Below are positions 54,019 through 64,000 of a stretch of DNA of 64,000 nucleotides, in pieces. The number at the start of each line of letters is the position of its first letter. The first letter of the stretch is position 1. This stretch comes from the human T2T-CHM13v2.0 reference genome, Homo sapiens. The translations under genes and the position numbers were made by a program. Location: the NCBI RefSeq assembly GCF_009914755.1, contig NC_060934.1; one strand, given 5' to 3'. The notes under the pieces were generated by a model. The model saw only the letters and a list, made by a program, of their open reading frames with translations, did not search any database and was not told the DNA's origin.

Positions 54019-54658
54019 TGTCTTAGCTGCTATGGTATTTTACCATAGCCTGGGTAGCTTAAACAAAATAAATGTATTTCTCACAGATCTGGAGGCTGAG
54101 AAGTTCAAGGTTAAGGTACCAGCCGGCTGATTTCACTTCTGGTGAGGACCCTCCTCCTGGTTTGCAGATAGCTGCCTTCTCACTGTGTCTTCACATCGGA
54201 GAGGGAGAGACAGAGATAGAGAGAGAGAGAGAGAGAGGGAGAGAGGGAGAGTGCATACACATGCTCTCATCTTTCCTCTTATAAAAAAACTAATCCCATC
54301 ACAGAGACCCCATCCTCACAACCTCATGTAAAACTAATTACCTCCCAAAGGCTGCACCTGTGAATATCATAACACTGGGGGTTAGGGCTTTAACATATGA
54401 CTTTTGGGGGAACACAGTCTTTTGGTTCATAACAAGGCTATTAAAAATAAAGGCCTGAGGGAGCTGGTTTGTCCGTTCTGCCATGTGAGGACACCTAGAT
54501 TGTCCATGTATGAGGAAGAGGGCCCTCATCAGACATCACATCTGCATGCATTGATCTTGGACTTTCCAGCCACCTGAACTGTGAGCAATAAATTCCTGTT
54601 GTTTATAAAGTACCCAGTCTAAGGTATTTTGTTATGGCAGTCTGAATAGACTAAGACA
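54019..54658. mobile_element. Two MLT1A-type MaLR LTR fragments in opposite orientation, after an L1MB-type fragment (about 53545-54015)
   Basis: tgtcttagctgct...ggaggctgagaagttcaag... and ...ttgatcttggactttccagcc...gactaagaca. Confidence 0.6.
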
Positions 54659-55721
54659 ATGGCTTTGGCTAACAGAGGTGGTAAGAAATGAACATCATCT
54701 TTGCAGCACATAACTGAGCCTCACTGTTTGTTTCCTGGTGGCTCTTAAGTCTTGAAACCCATCACTGACCAGTAAGTGCATGTATAGGTTATGTGAAGCC
54801 TACGTATGTATTTCTCAAGTGTCCATAGTCAGATTAGAAACTCATGGGTTAAGGGAAGTATCTAGTCTGAGTAGCAGCTCTATGTTGGCTGACTTACCAA
54901 ACTGTATTTACTTAATATAGATGAATAATGAAAAACTTTAATGAACTATGGCAGCACCTCCAGCTTCTAATAGATCTGAGCATGATGCTCTTCCAATAGT
55001 GAAATTATGCTCAGAGTTCAGACCAAATTGCATTAACTGTTGCTTCCATGTTCTCAATAAAAAACAGAAGCATGAGTCACATTCCCATTTATAAAAGTAA
55101 TACTTTTTTATACTGTAGTAAAGGCTGCAGAAATGTGTCTGGCTAGACCTCAAGAAATGATTCCTTCTGGGGTTACCATGGTCAAGGGTGGATCCTTGAC
55201 TTCGAGGGGTCGGAGATTTAATGTGGTCACTTGACCTGAAGCCACCCAGGGATAGAAGGAGGCTCCTGTCCTAGCTGAGGGTATATGTGACTCAAAGCAG
55301 AGGCCACATTGGTGTATCCCTGTGGGAGCCAGAGTCTGAGAGGATGTTGTGAGGTGTCAGACAGCTTAACTGATGTGACACAATCAGCACCAGGGAGCTC
55401 AGAAGAAGGTGGGTGATTGCAAAGACAAGACAGTATATTTGTTAACTCCATGAAGCAACTTCCTAACTTCAAATCCTGATTCTGTTACTTACTAGCTAGG
55501 GTAAATTACTTAATCTTTCTGTGCCTACATTAAAGTGAGTAAAAATGTATGAAGTACATAAAATAGTGCCCGGCACCTCGCGTTATTATATGATAGTAAT
55601 TACTTAGCTAAAGGATGAACAAAGACAAGGTAAGTCAGGACAGCTCCTTATCAGATTGGGATCAGATTGGAAAAAAAATTGGTATTTTACCAAGGAAGGC
55701 CCAAGACTCCCTGGTTAAGGT

Positions 55722-56520
55722 CTGTCTGAATAGTGGCCCCCTAATAACATCCACATGCTAATGTCCAGGACCTGTTACTATGTTACCCTAGGTTGCAAAA
55801 GGGACTTTGCATATCTGTTTAAGTTACAGATCTTGAGATGGAGAGATTATCCTAGATTGACCAGGAAGCCTGAAGCTCATCACAGGGTCTTTATAAAGGG
55901 AGATGGGAGACCCTTTATAAAGGGTCAGAGGAGGAACTGTTTCAACCAAAGCAAAGATCAGATTGACTGGGGCCATGAGCCAAGACATGCAGATAGCCTC
56001 GAGGCTGGAAAAGGTAAGGAAACGGTTGCTCCCCAGAGCCTCCTGAAGGAACCAGTCCTGATGGTATCTTGACTTGAGCCCAGTGAGATTGAACTTGGAC
56101 TTTTTGTTTTTGGTTGGTTTGTTTGTTTTGAGATGCAGTCTCTCTGTCGCCCAGGCTGGAGTGCAGTGGCGCGATCAGCTCAGTGCAAGCTCTGCCTCCT
56201 GGGTTCAAGCCATTCTCCTGCCTCAGCCTCCTAAGTAGCTGGGACTACAGGAGCCTGCCACCACACCCAGCTAATTTTTTTGTATTTTTAATAGAGATGG
56301 GGTTTCACCGTGTTAGCCAGGATGGTCTCAATCTCCTGACCTCGTGATTTGCCCGTCTCAGCCTCCCAAAGTGCTGGGATTACAGGCGTGAGCCACTGCG
56401 CCTGACCTGAACTAGGACTTTTACCCCCTAGAACTGTGAGATAATAAATTTAGCCACATTAATAAATAAAGCCACTAAGTCTGTGGTAATTTATTACATC
56501 AGCAATAGGAAACTAATACA
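55722..56520 (+). mobile_element. MLT1-type LTR split by an Alu
   Basis: tgaatagtggcccc...gggactttgca...tagaactgtgagataataaattt...aggaaactaataca. Confidence 0.7.
56100..56407 (-). mobile_element. Alu (AluY/Sc8-like)
   Basis: gcaagctct, caccgtgttagccaggatgg; TSD tgaact(t/a)ggactttt. Confidence 0.85.
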
Positions 56521-56862
56521 GTCCTTAAAACTCAGTGAGGTATCAGTACTTCTATTTTGCCTCTGTGGGGCGGGGATGATAGTTCCTGATAACACAGAGT
56601 CAGCCTCCTAAATCACTACAGCAAGCTCTGTCCAAGCAGGGATTGCCGTTCCTGGTGCATGTTTCTTGTCACTTCAGTCACAGAGGATGATGCTTGTTTT
56701 ACTTTATCCATTGATTGGATCATATAGTAAGAGATCTATATTCTGGAGCCATAGCCCAAAAATGTAACTGATTAAATGAAGAAAATTATGTATTCATAGT
56801 ATATTCAAGGGTGTTATTGTTTATGCAGCAGCTATGTTCAATGGAAAGAAAAGTATACATTG

Positions 56863-57174
56863 GTTGGGCAGGGTGGCTCATGCCTGTAATCCCAGCACTT
56901 TGGGAGGCTGAGGCAGGCAGATCGCTTGAGCTCACGAGTTCGAGACCAGTCTGGGCAACATAGGGAGAAACCCCCCCCCCCCCACATCTCTACAAAAACA
57001 TTTAAAAATTAGCCAGGTGTGGTGGCGTGTGCCTGTAGTCCCAGCTACTGGGGAGGCTGAGGTGGGAGGATCACTTGAACCGAGGAGGTTGAGGCTGCAG
57101 TGAGCTGTGATTGTGCCACTGCCTTCCAGCCTAGCCAACTGAGTGAGACCCTGTGTCAAAAAAAAAAAAAAAAA
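56863..57174 (+). mobile_element. Alu (AluJ-type)
   Basis: Full Alu with an internal C-run and A tail. Confidence 0.85.
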
Positions 57175-59498
57175 GTGTAAATCAATGTTTGTCAAATAAG
57201 TCATTTTTTTTGGTACTTAAGTCGTGTTTTTAAGGATTAGTGGAACTATTTAAAAATATCCTACAATGAGTCCTTTTGAAATGTTAGTAACAGCATTCTT
57301 TCTCAATTTTCTAAATCAAGATTTTGATTTGTTTAATTGGGAGCAGACTTGTTTTGCACCGTATCTTTAAACTGTAGATTCCACTTATGATCTTCACTCA
57401 TTTATGCATTCATTCTTCCAACCCCTCTTTGTGGAGATGCCATTTAGTGCCAGCCTCTATCCTAGGAGCTAGGAAAACAGTATGATAATGAAAGGAGCCA
57501 GAGAATAAGCAAATACTCAGGAAAATATGTTAGGCTGTTAAAAAGGCTATGAAGAAACTAAAATAGGGTGATGTGGTAAAATTGAAATAAGCTTTAAAAA
57601 CTCATTACTGATTTCCTTGTGGTGATCCACACGTGGGAAGGTGTCTTGAGAAATGCCTTTCCATCTGTGAAACCCTTAGTGTAGCTCAAAGAGAGAATCT
57701 GGGTGGAGCTTGGAGCGTTTTCTCCCCCTGTAACTCTGAAGATTAACTTATTTATCCCTTTGAAGGTAAAAGAAGAGAGTGTTAAAAGACCCTCACACAG
57801 CAGATACACAGTAAATATTTATTTTTATTATTCCTTATTTGTTATTGCCCAGCCCTCTGTGGTGTTCTCAGTTCACTGGGCAAGTGAAGTTACAAATACA
57901 CAGCAATTAGTCTCACTTATCAGGACAATGGTCTGCTCCAAGTATTCGTGTTTAGAAGGCAGAGGGTTGGAAAGGAACATTGAGAAGTGTTCCTTCCTCA
58001 GAGGAAGGCTGCTGCACACAGTCACCTGCCTGGCCCCAAGATGTCTGCCTGGTATGTATGAGCTGCTTGGCAGAAAAGGCATCTGGTGTCCCCCCAGTGT
58101 GGCACAGGGGAGACATGGCCCTATGACTGCAGAAGCCCTTCAAGTCCCTTGTCTTCAAGTACTAGTAGGGAGCTTTCCATATATGAACTCACTGTTTGCT
58201 ACCTTAGTTCTAAAGCCCCTTCTCCTGGCTGCTCACTCTTCCATTTTGGTTCTTGTCCTCAACTTTGCAATTAACCTTCAGGACCACTTTTACAGCAATA
58301 GCCTCAGATCTTTCAGCAACAGTTCTTGTTCCCCATCCTAGCTGTGCTGTTGCCTCACAGCTCAGATAAATCCCCACTCTGAGTTCATGTTAACCCTTCC
58401 GCAGCAGTTTTTTTTCCAGGGACTACTCATATGAACAGCCTCCCAGCTTCCGCGCTTTCCCTATCCCATTTTATGAGCTTGAAAACTAAACATTCAGAGA
58501 GTGTTTCTCAGACAAATTAGCCAAAGGCAGTATAGTAGTAGAGGTTAACCATGCAAGTTCAAAGCACAGCTTTGAAAAGGAGATCTTCCACCTAGTAGCT
58601 ATTCAAACTTGGGAAAATGACCCCCTCTAAGGCACTACCTTCTCATCTATAAAATGGGGCTAATGATTCAATGATTCGGTGAGGTGATGTCCAAGGCCTG
58701 GCACATAGTAACTAAATGTGAGCCACCACTGCTGCCCTCTCCTGGTCCTTTAGCTCAGGTTGACTCAATGGCATCATGGTGACCTTAGAGCATCCAAGAG
58801 TGCCTAATTTTCCACTAGAGCATAATGAAACATAAAGCATGAACTTCATAAATCTTGATTATAAGAGTGGGATCCTCATTCTTGAAAATCAAAATGGAAA
58901 AACGTGGGATGGTGTGGTTCAGGTAAAAGACGATGCAGTGACTTTATGGAGGTCACTTATTTGGTAGATGTGACAGGTTACAAGTGGCAGAAACGGTCTG
59001 ATCCAAGGCTTGATCACAGAACACCCTGAGAAAATGTGTAAAGAAAGTAGTGCATGGCTGAGTTAAAGAAGTGGAGAATAAGCCTGGAAAGATAAGAAAG
59101 GGAAGGCGTGGAGAGCCTTGAATGCCAGGGTGAACAGCAAGTGGTGAAAATGCTAGGCTATGGGCTTTAGAGACCCATGGGCTCAGTGTGAATTCTCGTT
59201 CCACATCATACTAAGTAAGGCAATGGTGTTCAAATTTTTTTGAACATGGCACACACTAAGAAAAATGTTTTACATTGTGTTCCAGGACACATGCCCACAC
59301 ATACACAAATGCACACACACCCGTGAATCAAAGGTGAATGAAACAGTTTTTACCCTAAGTATGCATGACATACTCTGATATTTTCTCTTCTACTTTATTT
59401 CTTAAAGCTGCTAGCTATGGACACGAAATTGGTCTCACCATCCATTAATGGGCTGTATCTCACAGGTGAATTAGATAATCTTGGAAAAACTACTTCCT

Positions 59499-59835
59499 GG
59501 CTGCATGTGGTTGCTCATACTTGTAATCCCAGCATTTTGGGAGGCCAACATGGAAGGATCGCTTGAGCCCAGGAGTTTGGGACCAGCCTGGGCAACAGTG
59601 TGGGACCCCATCTCTACCAAAAATTTAAAAATTAGCCAGGCATGGTGGAGCATATCTACCAAAGTAAAAAAAAGTAGCCAGGCATAGTCCTAGCTATCTG
59701 GGAGGCTTAGGTGGGAGGATCACTTGAGCTCAGGAGGTCAAGGCTGCAGTGAGCTATGATCACACCACTGCACTCCAGCCTGGGCCACAGAGTAAGACCC
59801 TGTCTCAAAAAAAAAAAAAAAAGAAAGAAAAAAGA
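59499..59835 (+). mobile_element. AluJ with duplicated central linker
   Basis: TSD aaaactacttcct; ctaccaaa...tagccaggcat occurs twice (about 59608-59685). Confidence 0.85.
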
Positions 59836-60759
59836 AAAACTACTTCCTATCTCTGAACTTTAGATTCCTTATCTATGAGGAAGAGGTAATGCCAGTCTGA
59901 TAGAGCTGATGACTAAATAAAACAGCACTTAAAGCACCTGACACAGAGCTTGACATATAGTGCATATTCAATACATAAAGTTGGAAATATTTTTGCCAAT
60001 TTATTGATGGGGATGAAGAGAAGGATTTTGAACAGTCAAAGGTTCCTGGAAATTTTTAGTCTGGTGATTAGGAGACATTGTGCAGTGACATTAATTGGAT
60101 GAGGAGACAGGATAAGGCTAACTAGGGGACATTTTAAGGTTTTGTTCCATGGTGTCAGTTTTGCTTTTATTTTTGGACTATAAAAATCATATTAGTTCAT
60201 TACACGGTTTGGTTTCTGTATTTTTAATTGTTTGATGCCTTAATATGCAGAGGTTTTAATTATTTATGTATTTTAAACTTTCAAGTTCTTTCTATTGCTT
60301 TAGACTTGGAAAGCCCCTCCCCACTATTAGAAAAGTTAAATATTCACCTTCATTTTATTTTACTTTTTTATATGAATGATTTTATTTTAACATTTAGCTA
60401 TTAATTCTTCTGAATTTTTTTAATGTATATGTGCATAAGGTGAAGTTCTTACTTGATATTTTTCCAAATAACTAGCCAATTTCCCCATGTCATTGTTTAA
60501 TAATCTATCCCTTTCCAATTGCCTTGTCCTATATCATCATGTATTACATCCATGCGTATTGTATATATCCAGTTATGTGTGTATTTGGATCAACTTTTTG
60601 ATTATTTTGTTCGGTTTATTCTTGCGATCATATCATATGTTTTTTGTTTTTGTAGAATTGTGCAAGTTTTCAAACATATAGCAAAATACAGAAAGTAATG
60701 AACACTATGTGCCTAACTCCCAGAATTAACAAATAATTAGCATATGTACCTCAGATATT

Positions 60760-62125
60760 TTTAAATTAATAAACTTTATCTTTTAATAAAGTGTAAAATA
60801 GAATAGTCTTTGGTTCATAGCAAAATTGAGCAGAAGGTACAGAGATTTCTCATATACTGCCTGCCCCCACACATGCATAACCTCCTTCACTAGCAATATC
60901 CCCCTCCATAGCTCTGGAGGCTGAGGCAGGAGGATCACTCGAGCACAGGTATTTGAGGTTGCAGTGACCTATGATAGGGCCACTGCACTCCAGCCTCAGC
61001 AACAGAGCGAGACCCCATCTCTAAAAAAGAAAAAAAAATCCCCCACCAGAGTGGTACACAATGAACCTATATTGATACATCATTATCACCCAAAGTCCAT
61101 AGTTTATATTAGGGTTCACTCTTGGTGCTGTACATCGTATGGATTTTGACAAGTATATAATGACATGTATCCACTATTATAGTATCTTACAGAGTAGTTT
61201 CACTGCCCTAAAAATCCTCTGTGCTCTGCCTATTCACCCCTCCCTTGCCCCGAATCCCTGGCAACCACTGATCTTCTTGCTGTCTTCATAGTTTTGCTTT
61301 TTCCAGAATGTCATATAGTTGGGATCATACAGTATGTAGTCTTCCAGGCTGGCTTCTTTCACTTAGCAATGTGCATTTCAGGTTCGTACATGTCTTTTCA
61401 TGGCTTGATAGTTACTTTTTTTAGCACTAATATTTCATTGTATGAATGTGCCACGGTGTATTTATCCATTCACCTATTGAAGGATGTCTTGGTTACTTCC
61501 AAGTTTTGACAATTATGAATAAAGCTGCTATAAATATCTATAATTTATAATGACATAATTTTTGAATTATAAATATCTACGTGTGAGTTTTTGCGTGGAC
61601 ATAATTTTTGATTTATATGAATGGTCTGATTGCTTGTTCATATGGTAAAAGCATGTTTAATTTTATAAGAAACTGGCAAACCATCTTCCAAAGTGGTTGT
61701 ACCATTTTGCAGTTTTATCAGCAATGAATGAGAGTGTCTGTTGCTCCACATCTTCATCAGCATTTGGTGTCGTCATTGTTTGGGATTTTGGCTGTTCTAG
61801 TAAGTGTATAGTGGTATCTCACTGTTATTTCAATTTTGCAATTCCCTAATGACATATAATGTTGAATATCTTTTCACATGCTTGTTTGCCATCTATATGT
61901 CTTCTCTGGTAAGGTGTCTGTTCAGGTCTTTTGTGCATTTTAAAATCATGTTGTTCATTTTATTATTGTTGGTTTTAAGAGTTCTTTGTATACTTTGGAT
62001 AACAGTCCTTTATCAGATGTATCTTTTGAAAATATTTTCTCCCAGTCTATGGGTTGTTTTCTCATTCTCTTGACATTATCTTTCCGAAAGCAGAAGTTTT
62101 AAATTGTAATGAAATCCAACTTCAG
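60760..62125 (-). mobile_element. Old L1 (L1MA/MB-type) with an Alu right arm inserted at about 60915-61040
   Basis: gcaaaattgagcagaaggtacagagattt, ccaaagtggttgtaccattttgc motifs. Confidence 0.75.
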
Positions 62126-62339
62126 ATATTTTTAAAGACCAAGATCACTACAGATATAACTGAGGTGATTTTGTACCTTTTCTCACACCCTTTTATTTCC
62201 TTACTCGTCTAGAGGTGAATCACTGTCATGAAGCTCATGAGCGCACGTACCATTCATGTTTTTACACTTATATTTCATATATACCCATGAACCAGATAAA
62301 ATTTTATTTTGTTTATTTTTAAAATTTACAGCCATGACA

Positions 62340-62638
<299 letters not shown>

Positions 62639-63679
62639 TTAATTAACTAATTAATTAAAATGTATAGCAATGGCATTATACTGTGCATATTATTCTGCAA
62701 CTTTTCTTTTTCACTCAACATTATATTTTTGAAATATATCTATGTTGATACTTATACATCTAATTCACCTACTTAAAATGCAATTGCATTGCATTCTATC
62801 ACAAGTAAACAGAAACGAACATTAATTCATTCCTCAATAGATGCACATTCAGGCTTGTTTCAATCTGTTGGTTTTTGTTTTGACAATTACCAACAAAACT
62901 GCAAAGGATTTATAGTACATCTCTTTATGCATATATGTAGGCATCGAATACAGACATAGAAGTGGAACTGGAGTTTGTAGTATAAGAATATCTTCAGCTT
63001 TACTAGATATTGCCTAACTGTTCTTCAGAGTGGTTTGCCAATTTACACTCCCACCCACAGTATATTAATTCCCATATTTTCTAATTCTAGCATTTGTTCT
63101 AGCCAGACTTGAAATTTTGTTGGGGGGGGGGTGGCTAAGTAGCTGGTGTAAAAAGCCATCTCATTGAACAATTTTTAATTTGTTTTTCCCAGATTATAAA
63201 TGAAGTTAAACACGCTTTGATATGTTTATATAATTTGCCCATTTTCTATTTTTCCTACTTCCATTCTTTAAGGATACGGATGATTTGTCTGTTATGCATG
63301 TTGCAACTTTCTTCTCTTGATTTTGGACTTTTTTTAAACTTTGTTAATAATCCTTATGGTTATACAGGTTATATGGTTAAAGCCAAATTGGCCAATTTTC
63401 TCTTATTAATTAGACTTTTAAAAAATCATTAAGAACTCCTTTTCTCCCCTGATACTACAGAGATAGTATCTTACATTTTTGTCTAGAAGTTGTAAAGTTT
63501 TTATTTGGTACAGTATGTCTCCTTCCTTTATTATCCACAGTGCAAGAGTGGCTCTTGTATATCAGACCTCAAAGAAAACTAAACAGTCCTTTAGGCACCC
63601 AGGAAAATGATCACATAATCTAAAAGAATAAATAAATTAAGGCTGGCTTCAGATACCTCTCTCTCTCTGTCTCTCTCTC

Positions 63680-63992
<313 letters not shown>

Positions 63993-64000
63993 CTCAGCTC

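Noticed and set aside
57703-58341. 212-aa ORF
   Set aside because: GTG start, no recognisable domain, Leu/Ser-rich composition typical of chance ORFs; no splice or retrocopy hallmarks.

Overview
Primate (human-type) repeat-rich genomic DNA with no spliced protein-coding exons that I can support. The key locus is an intronless, L1-made chimeric retrogene on the minus strand (39759-43008). It carries an 862-codon ORF fusing the PIP5K1A lipid kinase in frame to PSMD4/Rpn10 (S5a). I recognise it as PIPSL, which is known rather than new. It has a 15-bp TSD, a poly(A) tail decayed to (GAAA)n, and a 1-bp frameshift that turns the parental start into an overlapping uORF. Substitutions hit the kinase C-lobe Arg and UIM1, and a co-oriented MLT2A LTR lies about 400 bp upstream. 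The window also holds a full-length dead L1PA5-like element with a possible young-L1 conversion tract and 3' transduction. There is an SVA with 5' and 3' extra sequence inside an MLT1>MER2>Alu>SVA nest, two tailless tRNA 5'-half retrocopies (Leu-AAG, Gly-TCC), and many Alus, solo LTRs, DNA transposons and old L1/L2/MIR fragments. Repeat subfamily calls and parental-protein comparisons come from remembered consensus sequences, not from alignments I ran.
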